A DNA stretch of 64,000 nt from Candidatus Omnitrophota bacterium (GTDB lineage: Bacteria > Omnitrophota > Omnitrophia > Omnitrophales > JACROU01): assembly GCA_029261035.1 (NCBI GenBank), contig JAJDCD010000023.1:38501-102500 (forward strand), given 5' to 3'. Of this stretch, positions 47,141 through 56,365 are shown one piece after another (within the stretch, counting starts at the first letter, position 1; each line of letters opens with the position of its first letter). The notes beneath the pieces are model-generated. The model saw only the letters and a list, made by a program, of their open reading frames with translations, was not told the origin of the DNA and ran no database searches. Made by a program: the position numbers and the translations under genes.

Positions 47141-47542
47141 GTGGATAAAAGCAAAGATGAAATACTTCAAGGCGTAACAGATTGCCTTGTTAATGCTCTG
47201 GGTGTTGGTGAGGATGAAGTAAAGCTGGAATCTTCTTTAGTAAAGGATTTAGGAGCAGAATCCATTGATTTTCTAGATGTGGTTTTCCGGTTGGAAAAAA
47301 ACTTTGGAATTAAGATTCCTAGAGGCGATCTTTTCCCAGAAAATCTTTTAACAAACCCCGCATTTATCTCAGACGGTCGTATTACTGATTCAGGCATGCA
47401 GGAGCTTAAAACGAAGCTTCCTCATATTGATTTCTCTGAATTTGAAAAAGAACCTTTAGTTAGTAATCTTTCTGATGTATTTACGGTGGGCATGATTGTA
47501 GATTATTTATTTGGCAAATTAGCAGAAAAAACCGGAGCTTAG
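47141..47542 (+). CDS. Acyl carrier protein with a ~55-aa C-terminal extension (GTG start)
   Basis: DLGAESIDFLDVVF phosphopantetheine-attachment-like serine context. An AGGAGG ribosome-binding site precedes the GTG. At 133 aa it is long compared with canonical 78-aa AcpP. Confidence 0.65.
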   Translation: MDKSKDEILQGVTDCLVNALGVGEDEVKLESSLVKDLGAESIDFLDVVFRLEKNFGIKIPRGDLFPENLLTNPAFISDGRITDSGMQELKTKLPHIDFSEFEKEPLVSNLSDVFTVGMIVDYLFGKLAEKTGA

Positions 47543-47660
47543 TTCAAAGAACTGAGCTCCTTAAACCTTCTATTACCCTCAGTTTCATGACCAAAAAAAC
47601 GATTAACAAACTGTCGTTAGACAAAACACACACATTTTTTTTATTTGAGGAGATTTACCG

Positions 47661-48059
47661 ATGACCGCTCTCACAAGAAGGCCTCAAGGTATTGGTGTGG
47701 ATATTGTTGATGCAACTCGAATTCAGAATTTTATAGAGAAGCATGAATCGAGTTTAAATAAGATTTTAACCGAATCTGAATTGCAGAAGATGATGGAAAG
47801 CACAGATAGAGTTAGTTATTTAAGCTATTTGTTTTCGGCAAAAGAAGCGGTGTTTAAAAGTTTAGATTTAGCATGGTTTGGAATAGAAGGTTTTAGAATG
47901 ATTGAAGTGACTTTGAATTTAGAGCAAAACCAAGCAACGGCAGTATTAACAGACAATCTTTTAGAGCAAACTCAAAGTTGGTGGGATGAAACACTTATCG
48001 ATTTTGAAACGAAAGATAACAGCGTTGTTGCAAAGGCGATCAGTTACAGCAAAACATAA
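47661..48059 (+). CDS. acpS: Holo-ACP synthase (4'-phosphopantetheinyl transferase, AcpS type)
   Basis: GIGVDIVDATRI N-terminal motif and FSAKEAVFK are typical of AcpS; 132 aa. Confidence 0.8.
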   Translation: MTALTRRPQGIGVDIVDATRIQNFIEKHESSLNKILTESELQKMMESTDRVSYLSYLFSAKEAVFKSLDLAWFGIEGFRMIEVTLNLEQNQATAVLTDNLLEQTQSWWDETLIDFETKDNSVVAKAISYSKT

Positions 48060-48146
48060 TGTCAGAGGAAAGTTTGTCATCCTAGAGCGAAGCGAAGGAT
48101 CTGTTTACTTCTATTAAAGAGGCCGTTCTATAAAGGAGAATTTAAT

Positions 48147-48635
48147 TTGCGTTGGTATATGTTGGATAAATTTAATTTTATTGATGTAGAGAAGAACCAG
48201 TCTCAAGCTGTAAAAGCCCTATCCCGTGGTGATGGTTTTTTTGAAGAACATTACGATTTATATCCCGTACTTCCAGAATCTGTTCAGATTGAGATGATTG
48301 CTCAAGCCGGAGGAGTTCTTGTAGGGGCCGCTTTAGATTTTAAAAAAGAAATTGTTCTAGGAAAAATTGATTTTGCGCGTTATGAAAAAACAATCTTACC
48401 GCCCGCCCAATTGGTGATAGATGCTTGGGTCGAAGAAAAACATGATGAAGGAGCTCGGATCCAGGGGGAAATTACCTGTGACGGACAGCTTGTAAGTGAG
48501 GCGAGCATTTTATTGATTTATATGGATCAACTTGATTCAAAAACAGATCTTAAAAGTGGAGAGTCTATTGTATTTAGTGATAACTTTCTAAATGCACTTC
48601 AAATCAGGGAGCATTTAAAGGTGTCTACTTCATGA
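48147..48635 (+). CDS. Divergent FabZ-like hotdog dehydratase
   Basis: EEHYDLYPVLPESVQIEMIAQAGG resembles the FabZ active-site region. TTG or a downstream ATG is the start. The stop overlaps the next gene (ATGA). Confidence 0.6.
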   Translation: MRWYMLDKFNFIDVEKNQSQAVKALSRGDGFFEEHYDLYPVLPESVQIEMIAQAGGVLVGAALDFKKEIVLGKIDFARYEKTILPPAQLVIDAWVEEKHDEGARIQGEITCDGQLVSEASILLIYMDQLDSKTDLKSGESIVFSDNFLNALQIREHLKVSTS

Positions 48636-49927
48636 AGCGTAGAGTTGTAATTACGGGTTTGGGGGCAATTTCTTGTTTGGGCCATGGAGTGAATCCTTTG
48701 TGGGAGGCGGCCGTTAAAGGAGAAAGTGGTCTTAAAGAGATTGATTCTTTTGATTATGGTGATTTTCCTGTGCGATTGGCAGGTGAAGTTAAAGAATTTA
48801 AACCTCAGGATTACATTAAGAATCGTAAATCCATTAAAGTGATGTCGCGGGATATTCAGCTGGCCTGTGCTGCCAGCACCCTTGCATTTCAAGATTCTAA
48901 AATTAAAGAGGAGGAGCTCAACCCCGAAAGAGCGGGGGTTTGTATGGGAGCGGGTCTCTTAGATAATGAAGTTGATGAAATTGCGGCAGGGATTAAGAGT
49001 TCTTTGGATGAGCAAGGTATTTTTCAGATGAAAAAATTTGGTTCGGATGGATTGGACTCGTTATTTCCTCTTTGGATGTTAAAGTACTTGCCCAACATGC
49101 CGGCTTGTCATATTTCCATCAATCATAACCTTCAAGGGCCTAGCAACACGATTACCACTTCTTGTTCTTCTTCGATCCAGGCGGTTGGAGAATCTTTTCG
49201 TATTATTGAACGGGGAGATGCAGACGTGATGTTTGCTGGAGGCGCTGAAAGCAGAGTAAATCCTTTGGGGATTTCTCGCTATCATTTATTTAATGCGCTT
49301 CTTCAAGGCAAAGATAAAACAAAAGAAGATTACAGCCCTTTTGATAAGAGTCGTTCGGGGTTTATTGTTGGTGAAGGTTCTGGGGTTGTTATTTTAGAAG
49401 AGTTGGAGCACGCTCAAAAACGAGGAGCGCGTATTTATGCAGAAGTTCGAGGTTACGGAAGCTCTGCAGATTATAATTATTTCCCCAATGAATTAACGGA
49501 TTCGGATGGTAGAGAGATTGCGATGTCTACAGCGTGTAGTGATGCGGATATTCAACCCGATAATGTAGACATGATTCATGCACATGGGAGCGGGATAGAT
49601 AAAGACGACTTGTTAGAAGCTCGAGCCATTCATGAAGTGTTTCAAGCAAAAGCGAAAGAAATTCCAGTCGTAGCAACTAAGGCATTAATGGGTCACTCTG
49701 GTTTTGCTTCTGGAGCCTTTCAAGTTATCCTTTCGGCAAAGATGTTAGAGGAGCAAAAAATATTATCCACGCTTAATTACACAACCCCAGATTCAGATAT
49801 TAACCTTAATATGAGTAAAGAGCTAAAAACAGGCGTTGATGTTTCAACGATTCTTTCTAATGCATTTGGTATGAGCGGGCAAAACGCTTCTCTCGTTTTA
49901 ACTTCTACACCCGGAGGGGATAAGTAA
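48632..49927 (+). CDS. Beta-ketoacyl-ACP synthase (KS), first of a tandem pair
   Basis: Active-site Cys in TITTSCSSSIQAV, His motifs HAHGSG and KALMGHSG; thiolase-fold KAS I/II family. Confidence 0.8.
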   Translation: MKRRVVITGLGAISCLGHGVNPLWEAAVKGESGLKEIDSFDYGDFPVRLAGEVKEFKPQDYIKNRKSIKVMSRDIQLACAASTLAFQDSKIKEEELNPERAGVCMGAGLLDNEVDEIAAGIKSSLDEQGIFQMKKFGSDGLDSLFPLWMLKYLPNMPACHISINHNLQGPSNTITTSCSSSIQAVGESFRIIERGDADVMFAGGAESRVNPLGISRYHLFNALLQGKDKTKEDYSPFDKSRSGFIVGEGSGVVILEELEHAQKRGARIYAEVRGYGSSADYNYFPNELTDSDGREIAMSTACSDADIQPDNVDMIHAHGSGIDKDDLLEARAIHEVFQAKAKEIPVVATKALMGHSGFASGAFQVILSAKMLEEQKILSTLNYTTPDSDINLNMSKELKTGVDVSTILSNAFGMSGQNASLVLTSTPGGDK

Positions 49928-51216
49928 TGACGAGAAGGGTAGTGGTGACAGGGTATGGGATTGTTTCTCCAATGGCTCATAACGTTAAAGAAACATGGGA
50001 AGGGTTAATTCAAGGCCGTTCTGCAGTGGGCCCGATTAATTTATTTGACGCCTCTTCTTTTCCAACTCAAATTGCAGGTGAAGTTCGAAATTTTGATTTC
50101 GACCCTTGGCGGAAAAAAGATCCTCATTTAAAGTATGCTGCTCGGAATACGCAATTTGCAGTTCAGGCAGCCCACGAAGCTTTTACGAATGCGGGGTTGG
50201 ACACCTTCGATTATGACCCAAAAAGAACAGGCATCTACTTTGCTGCGGGAGATGGCGGAACCAATATCGCAAGTTTTGTTCAAGCTTTGTCGGAGTCTTG
50301 GGGGCAAAACGGACAAGTGATTAATAAAAGTAAATATTTGGAAGTCAGTCAGCCAGCATTTGATTATCATGATGAACTTGAGATTGATCCTTGTATGACG
50401 TTAGCTCACTTATCCCGAATCTTTCGTGTTCGAGGACCTGTGTCTAATTGTTTAACTGCTTGCGCGGCATCGAGCCAAGCAATCGGAGAAGCCTTTCAAT
50501 CGATTCGAAGAGGGAATGTAGATATTATGATTACGGGAGGATCTCATTCGATGATTCATCCATTTGGTCTTGCTGGATTTAATTTATTAACAGCCCTTTC
50601 TACCCAAAATGAACACCCTGAAAAAGCGAGCCGTCCTTTTGATCGAAATAGAGATGGTTTTGTTTTAAGCGAAGGTTCCGGAGTTCTTATTTTAGAAGAG
50701 TTGGAATATGCCAGAAAACGAGGAGCGCATATCTATGGTGAAGTGACTGGATATGGTTCTACAGCAGATGCTTATCGATTAACAGATACACACCCCGAAG
50801 GTCGCGGAGCTATTAAGGCAATGGAGCTTGCCTTACAAAGTGCCGGGTTAGAACCTAAAGATATTGGATACATTAATGCGCATGGAACTTCAACTGTGGT
50901 GAATGACCTTGTAGAAACGCAATCCATCAAAAAAGTGTTTGGAGATCAAGCTCAACAGATTCCTGTAAGTTCTATTAAATCCATGTTAGGGCATTTGATT
51001 GCCGCCGCTGGAGCTGTTGAACTAATTACTTCTCTGTTAGTGACTCAAAATGGAATTATTCCTCCAACCATCAATTATGATGAAAAGGATCCGAAGTGTG
51101 ATTTAGACTATGTGCCTAACCACTCAAGAGAAAAAAAGGTGGATGCGGTTTTAAGTAACTCATTTGGGTTTGGTGGCCAAAACGTTTCATTAATAGCAAG
51201 GAAGCTTAGCTCATGA
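49927..51216 (+). CDS. Beta-ketoacyl-ACP synthase II-like (KS), second of the tandem pair
   Basis: LTACAASSQAIGEA (Cys), INAHGTST, KSMLGHLIAAAGA motifs. The start ATG shares an A with the preceding TAA. Confidence 0.8.
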   Translation: MTRRVVVTGYGIVSPMAHNVKETWEGLIQGRSAVGPINLFDASSFPTQIAGEVRNFDFDPWRKKDPHLKYAARNTQFAVQAAHEAFTNAGLDTFDYDPKRTGIYFAAGDGGTNIASFVQALSESWGQNGQVINKSKYLEVSQPAFDYHDELEIDPCMTLAHLSRIFRVRGPVSNCLTACAASSQAIGEAFQSIRRGNVDIMITGGSHSMIHPFGLAGFNLLTALSTQNEHPEKASRPFDRNRDGFVLSEGSGVLILEELEYARKRGAHIYGEVTGYGSTADAYRLTDTHPEGRGAIKAMELALQSAGLEPKDIGYINAHGTSTVVNDLVETQSIKKVFGDQAQQIPVSSIKSMLGHLIAAAGAVELITSLLVTQNGIIPPTINYDEKDPKCDLDYVPNHSREKKVDAVLSNSFGFGGQNVSLIARKLSS

Positions 51217-52190
51217 TGTGGATTTATATTGTCTTAGGCATTTTTGTTGTAGCACTGTTTATTGCTTCTGCAGTTATCTCTCTAAAATATATTCGCATTG
51301 TTGCAGATAATATTTTAAATGTTCCTTTTCCTTTAGATCATCCCCGCACAAATACAGTTGTGAGCCAAGAAGTAGAATTTTCTTCTTATGACGGCACTCT
51401 CTTTCATGGCCAATTCATTGCATGTCCAAGTAGTTCCAAGAAAACCGTTATCTTCTGTCATGAGTATGGGTCGGAGCAAAGCTCTTGGAGTAAATATCTT
51501 TTTTATTTACCTCAAAATGGTTTCAATGTATTTACTTTTGATTTTAGAAAAGGAAAAGACAGGACGGGCCTTCATAAAAAAGGATTTAGCCCAAAGCAAT
51601 GGCCTACAAAAAAAGAATTACGAGATCTGCAAGCCGCTATTAATTACCTTCAAAAGCGCAATGACGTTGATGCTGAAAATTTAGGAGTGTTTGGAGTTTC
51701 TAAAGGAGGGGGGCTTGCGTTGTGTGCCGGAGCAAAGTCAAAACGAGTACGGGCTGTGATTGCTGACGGAGCTTGTCCTGTGGTTGCAACCATTAAAGAC
51801 TATATCGATAAATGGGCCAATATATATATTTACGAACCCGTATTAAAAAGACTTCCACAATTTATTTTGTACTCGCTGGCTTATTTCAGTATTCATTTTG
51901 CTTCCTTTAGATTGAGATCTAGAATTCTTTTTGTGGAAAATTATATTAAAAGATCAAAATCTCCTGTTTTTATTATTCATGGAGAAAAGGACAGTTATAT
52001 TCGTTCGGCGCATGCTAATTACCTTTATGACCGTGTGCCTACAGAAAAAGATGTGTGGGTTTGCTCTGGCGCTGCTCATAATGAGTCGGTTGTAACAGAG
52101 CCGGAAGAATACCAAAAGCGTGTCCTGTCTTTTTTTCAAAAGCATTTGAATGAAGAGAATTTAGAGCCGTCCTATAGTAAAAAGGAATAA
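51213..52190 (+). CDS. Membrane-anchored alpha/beta-hydrolase (possible thioesterase/acyl-hydrolase)
   Basis: N-terminal TM helix; GVSKGGG nucleophile elbow (GxSxG); 325 aa. Overlaps the previous stop (ATGA). Confidence 0.7.
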   Translation: MMWIYIVLGIFVVALFIASAVISLKYIRIVADNILNVPFPLDHPRTNTVVSQEVEFSSYDGTLFHGQFIACPSSSKKTVIFCHEYGSEQSSWSKYLFYLPQNGFNVFTFDFRKGKDRTGLHKKGFSPKQWPTKKELRDLQAAINYLQKRNDVDAENLGVFGVSKGGGLALCAGAKSKRVRAVIADGACPVVATIKDYIDKWANIYIYEPVLKRLPQFILYSLAYFSIHFASFRLRSRILFVENYIKRSKSPVFIIHGEKDSYIRSAHANYLYDRVPTEKDVWVCSGAAHNESVVTEPEEYQKRVLSFFQKHLNEENLEPSYSKKE

Positions 52191-52194
52191 TCTT

Positions 52195-52902
52195 ATGTTT
52201 AAAACGAAACTCACCGCACTTCTTATTTCTATTTTATTTATAAGCGGACCACTCAATGCAGAAACCCCAAAAACAACAGTAGAGTTGTTTGAGCTATTTA
52301 AAAACTTTGAGCCATCTTATGAAAAAATAGGGAACTATTCTGCGACTCTCAATAAAGAAGAGTTAGTTCGCGGAAAATGGGTCAAAGAGACACTGATATT
52401 TCATTTTCAAAAACCTTTTAAGATCAAGATCGAATGGTTAGAAGGGCCGAAGAAAGGTCGTAGAGCTTTTTTTGAAGAAGGAAAAAATAGTAATAAAATT
52501 ATAATCAAATTAGGCGGAGCTCTTGGAAAGATGTTTCCTAAGGTACGGATAGATCCTGATGGAGAGTTGGCAAAAGATGATGCGGATAGGACAATTCGGC
52601 AAGCTGGGTTGGGTTATCTCATGCAGGAAGTTTTTAAAGTGACTCAGGCGGGTTTGAATAACCAAGACTTAGAACTTACTTTATTGGAATCTGAAGACCC
52701 TAATGTATTTAAGGTCGAAAGAAGACTGCCATTAAAACCAGAAATTTACCCTAATGTTAAATTAATTGCCTACATCGATAAGATTACCGGAGTTCTTTTA
52801 GGTGTTGAAGAGTATGGTCTTGATGAAAAACTAAAAGGCACCTATGTTTATAATAACCTTAAAGTTAATGGACCCTTTACCGAAGAAAATTTTAAAGTTT
52901 AA
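52195..52902 (+). CDS. Secreted LolA-like / outer-membrane lipoprotein-carrier-like protein (tentative)
   Basis: Signal peptide; ~210-aa mature domain. The call rests on context within the lipid cluster and general resemblance to LolA-like proteins; the sequence assignment is tentative. Confidence 0.45.
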   Translation: MFKTKLTALLISILFISGPLNAETPKTTVELFELFKNFEPSYEKIGNYSATLNKEELVRGKWVKETLIFHFQKPFKIKIEWLEGPKKGRRAFFEEGKNSNKIIIKLGGALGKMFPKVRIDPDGELAKDDADRTIRQAGLGYLMQEVFKVTQAGLNNQDLELTLLESEDPNVFKVERRLPLKPEIYPNVKLIAYIDKITGVLLGVEEYGLDEKLKGTYVYNNLKVNGPFTEENFKV

Positions 52903-52909
52903 AATAAAT

Positions 52910-52998
52910 TCCCTTCTCCTCTTTGAGGAGAGGGTTAGGGTGAGGTGTGGTTTAAATTACCCTCATCCCAACCTTCTCCCTCTAAAGAAGGAGAAGGA
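52910..52998. repeat. Two family D elements in inverted orientation (52910..52944 and 52958..52998)
   Basis: cccttctcctc-tttg-aggagagg+gttagggtgagg, then the reverse-complement-type copy ccctcatcccaacc+ttctccctctaaagaaggagaagg. Confidence 0.65.
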
Positions 52999-53013
52999 GT
53001 ACAGTTGGTAAAC

Positions 53014-53676
53014 ATGAATTCTAAATACTCCCTTATTATATTTGATCTCGACGGCACACTCATAGATTCCCGCCAAGATATTGTAGATTCTGCAAACCGA
53101 ATGTTAAATGAGTTAGACTTACCCCAAAAAGGAGAAGAAGTAATAGCATCCTTTGTCGGACACGGTTTGGGCAATTTACTTTTGGACTGCATTGGTCTTG
53201 AAAACAAACATCTTGCAGATAAGGCGCTTGCGTTCTTTAAAAAAGATTACGAAGAACATATGCTTGATAAGACATGTTTGTTTCCAGAAGTGGATGATGT
53301 GCTGCAAACCATTTTTAATGGTTATTTTGATTCTGAAGTGATTCAGACGGTCGTGACGAACAAACCTCTTTATTATTCCGAGAAAATTTTACAGTTACTT
53401 AAAGCACACCACTATTTCAAAGTTATTTTAGGCGGGGATATGCCTATGCCAAAGAAACCTGCCCCGGACTCTGTGCAGCACTTATCTGAAACGTTTAAAG
53501 TGCCTAAAGAACAAATTTTATTTGTGGGGGATAGTCTTGTGGATATGCAGACAGCGAATAACGCTGGAGTTGATAGCTGTGCTGTTACCTTTGGTTTTGG
53601 ATCCTTAGAATCATTGACCAATGAAAATCCCACATATGTCATCAATAATTTCTCAGAACTCCTTGAAATTATTTAA
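53014..53676 (+). CDS. HAD-superfamily hydrolase (phosphoglycolate phosphatase-like)
   Basis: IIFDLDGTLIDS motif I. The start was set at MNSKYS (AGGAG ribosome-binding site), because the longer ORF would read through the family D repeats. Confidence 0.75.
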   Translation: MNSKYSLIIFDLDGTLIDSRQDIVDSANRMLNELDLPQKGEEVIASFVGHGLGNLLLDCIGLENKHLADKALAFFKKDYEEHMLDKTCLFPEVDDVLQTIFNGYFDSEVIQTVVTNKPLYYSEKILQLLKAHHYFKVILGGDMPMPKKPAPDSVQHLSETFKVPKEQILFVGDSLVDMQTANNAGVDSCAVTFGFGSLESLTNENPTYVINNFSELLEII

Positions 53677-53688
53677 GAGAATAGGAAA

Positions 53689-53721
53689 TGTCATTCCCGA
53701 AATCTTTTGTCGGGAATCCAG
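53689..53721. repeat. Family E hairpin, copy 3
   Basis: tgtcattcccga-aatcttttg-tcgggaatccag. Followed at 53732..53741 by atgactgtcac, a variant of the family A palindrome. Confidence 0.55.
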
Positions 53722-53816
53722 TTTTATTTAATGACTGTCACTTTTGAGACAGGGTGAGAAAAGTGGAATGTCTCAGATTGCCACAACTCCTTTGTTTATG
53801 TTTCGCAATCCAGTGT

Positions 53817-53858
53817 CTTTTCCCCTCTCCCCTTAGGGTAGAGGGTTAGGGGAAAAGA
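53817..53858. repeat. Family D variant
   Basis: cttttcccctctcccc-ttag-ggtagagggttaggggaaaag. Confidence 0.5.
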
Positions 53859-53921
53859 CCAAAGAAAAGTCCATTTTACGCTTCACCTATAACGCTTCAC
53901 GAGCGAAGAGGAACAGCCGTT

Positions 53922-54149
53922 ATGAGCAGCAATTTAGACTCCATTTTGACCGAAATGATCCTTCACCAGGAAAAAAAAGTGTTTGAAATAGCCCGCCAAA
54001 TCATCCCTCATATTACCCCCGAGGATGTGCTTAACCCCCAAGATTTCGCACAGTTAGAGCAAAACAGCCAATTCAACTATGAGGACGGAATTCTCTCGGG
54101 CCTCAAAAGTGCGCAAATGGCTGTTAGACAATCAGATACGACATGCTAG
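53922..54149 (+). CDS. Hypothetical small protein (75 aa)
   Basis: ORF only; flanked by repeat elements; no recognisable family. Confidence 0.3.
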   Translation: MSSNLDSILTEMILHQEKKVFEIARQIIPHITPEDVLNPQDFAQLEQNSQFNYEDGILSGLKSAQMAVRQSDTTC

Positions 54150-54200
54150 AATTTATAATACTAAGACTGTAGTAGAGGTCTGCCTAAATAGGCCACCCCC

Positions 54201-54252
54201 CAAAGTGCCAGGCCATTCGCGACAAAAATGTAGTGAATGGCCTGGCACTTTG
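54201..54252. repeat. Family F long hairpin (18-bp perfect stem) upstream of mutY
   Basis: caaagtgccaggccattc-[16-nt loop]-gaatggcctggcactttg. Confidence 0.65.
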
Positions 54253-54276
54253 GAAGAAAGTTGAATTTTTGTTGCT

Positions 54277-55365
54277 ATGAAAAAAAAATTGATACCCGAA
54301 ATTCAACAATCGCTTCTTCGATGGTATCAGAAAGAAAAACGAGATCTCCCTTGGAGAAAAACAAAAGATCCCTACTCTATATGGATCTCTGAGATCATGC
54401 TTCAACAAACTCAGGTAGACACCGTTATTCCTTACTACAACCGATGGATGAAAAAATTTCCAACAATCCAAAAACTTGCTAAAGCAAACGAAGATGTCGT
54501 TTTAAAACATTGGGAAGGCCTTGGCTATTATTCTCGAGCTCGAAATATCCAACGTGCAGCTAAAACTGTTGAAAAAGACTTTGGAGGAAGGTTTCCAAAA
54601 ACAAGGGAGGACCTCCTCTCTCTTCCAGGAATTGGACTCTATACCGTAGGAGCTATTCTTAGCATTGCTTACAACAAAAGCGTTCCTTTGGTAGATGGTA
54701 ATGTAATTCGAGTTTTAACTCGTATTTTTAACATACACGATGATGTTCTAAAAGAAGACACAAAGAAAAAAATTTGGAGCATTGCTGGAGAATTAGTCCC
54801 CGAAAAAAAAGCGGGTGATTTCAATCAATCGCTTATGGAATTGGGTGCAACTCTCTGCACTCCGGGCACACCCCTATGTTTAATTTGTCCCGTCAACAGT
54901 TTATGTAAAGGGTTCAAAGAATCTACACCGAGTCTTTTACCCGTAAAGAAGAAAAAGATGGAAATAGAAAAATTCTTAGGATGGATGTTTTTAATTGAAA
55001 AAGATGGCCACTTTTTATTACAAAAAAGAAAAAAAGGAACGGTGATGGGCGGACTATGGGAATTCCCTTCTTTCAGAGAAGGTATTTATGACCATCCGAA
55101 ACTAGCCTTGAAAGCCAAAACAAAAATACTGTGTCCCAAAGCAGAGCTTAAAGGCACTGTCCCTGCCGCATTCACTAAGTACCGTGGGCTATTCCAGTTA
55201 ACCCACTGTCCTATGAGTAAGTCAAAAAGCATCAAGCCGGTTTTGGAGGAAGCAGAAGAAACCGCTTGGGCTAAACCAAAGGATTTTAAAAAATACACCT
55301 TCTCTGCCCCTACGAGAAAAGCGGTAGAGAAACTATCCCTTTCAGACTCAAGAAATAAGATTTAA
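54277..55365 (+). CDS. mutY: A/G-specific adenine DNA glycosylase
   Basis: HhH-GPD region (LLSLPGIGLYTVGAI), 4Fe-4S loop CTPGTPLCLICPVNSLC, C-terminal NUDIX-like domain; 362 aa. Confidence 0.85.
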   Translation: MKKKLIPEIQQSLLRWYQKEKRDLPWRKTKDPYSIWISEIMLQQTQVDTVIPYYNRWMKKFPTIQKLAKANEDVVLKHWEGLGYYSRARNIQRAAKTVEKDFGGRFPKTREDLLSLPGIGLYTVGAILSIAYNKSVPLVDGNVIRVLTRIFNIHDDVLKEDTKKKIWSIAGELVPEKKAGDFNQSLMELGATLCTPGTPLCLICPVNSLCKGFKESTPSLLPVKKKKMEIEKFLGWMFLIEKDGHFLLQKRKKGTVMGGLWEFPSFREGIYDHPKLALKAKTKILCPKAELKGTVPAAFTKYRGLFQLTHCPMSKSKSIKPVLEEAEETAWAKPKDFKKYTFSAPTRKAVEKLSLSDSRNKI

Positions 55366-55370
55366 AAACC

Positions 55371-56216
55371 TTATGTCTTGAGATGCTCCGAATACATGTA
55401 CCCGTTATGAGTTTCTTGATCAAATTGTTTATTTATTTTTTGCTCGTGAGTTTCTTTAAGAGGAATGGAAAAATTTTGAACTTTAATGGCAGAATTCTGA
55501 ATTGCAGAACTTAATTCTTGAGGCGTCATTTCCAATACTTCCTCTCGCTTTGGAGGAATTTTTGGCGTTTTGATTCTTGTTCGAGAACCAATTCCCAATT
55601 CACGATATTCTGTTTCTGTTGGAGCTTCGAAAACAACAGGGGTAGTTAATCCTTCAGATGTATCCTTTGGAATAGCTAATTTAATATATTCAAAACGACA
55701 ATTAGGAGGACTTGTTCCGTATCCAATAGGACGTACGTTCGCACCTAAAATACGAATGAAATTTTGATTTCCCAAATAAAAGAAAGAAGATGAGATTTTT
55801 ATCTTATAAGTTCCTATTTCATCAATAACAACTTCTTTGATAACCGGCTTTACCCGATTAATATTCGTGCCGGCATCGATATTAAGTTTAACCGGGATAT
55901 CATTTTCATAATCTTTTTGGAGCACTTTAAAAGATAATTCAAAGTAAGGCGTATTTAACTGACGTGAGGTGAGTCTAAATATAAATGTGGTTTCATTCCC
56001 CTGCCAACCAAACTCATAAGGAATCAACTTTTCCACCCGAGCTCGATTTACATCTACTATTCGCTTTCCAAAAAAAACCATCGCATTTGCTCGTGAGGGC
56101 ACAACTTTCCATAGAGTATTCTCCTTAGACGGAGCCCCAAAAACCTCCGGAGATGGCGCCTGCAACACAAGCCCTATGATAAGAAATAAAATCCAATTTC
56201 GCATTATTGCTTCCAC
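55371..56216 (-). CDS. Hypothetical secreted protein (281 aa)
   Basis: N-terminal signal peptide; no recognisable family. Confidence 0.5.
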   Translation of the reverse strand: MEAIMRNWILFLIIGLVLQAPSPEVFGAPSKENTLWKVVPSRANAMVFFGKRIVDVNRARVEKLIPYEFGWQGNETTFIFRLTSRQLNTPYFELSFKVLQKDYENDIPVKLNIDAGTNINRVKPVIKEVVIDEIGTYKIKISSSFFYLGNQNFIRILGANVRPIGYGTSPPNCRFEYIKLAIPKDTSEGLTTPVVFEAPTETEYRELGIGSRTRIKTPKIPPKREEVLEMTPQELSSAIQNSAIKVQNFSIPLKETHEQKINKQFDQETHNGYMYSEHLKT

Positions 56217-56365
56217 TCCTCTATTTCGAGATTTTTCTAAACTACAACTCGTAATCCACTACTAAATAAGGGGTTATGCCAATATTACCCTTTATTAAAG
56301 TGTAACACCTACATGAGAAAATGGGAGTTTTGTACCTAAGGAAGACTAAGTTAAAACAAGAGTGG

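Noticed and set aside
48632-51216. Tandem ketosynthases as a KS/CLF (chain-length-factor) pair
   Set aside because: Both proteins retain the active-site cysteine (TSCSSS and TACAAS) and both His motifs. A classical CLF, which has Gln in place of Cys, is therefore not supported; both are called functional KS.
52945-53013. N-terminal extension of the HAD hydrolase ORF (MWFKLPSSQPSPSKEGEGVQLVN)
   Set aside because: It is translated through two family D repeat copies. An internal ATG at 53014 has a good AGGAG ribosome-binding site and gives the canonical DxDGT N-terminus.
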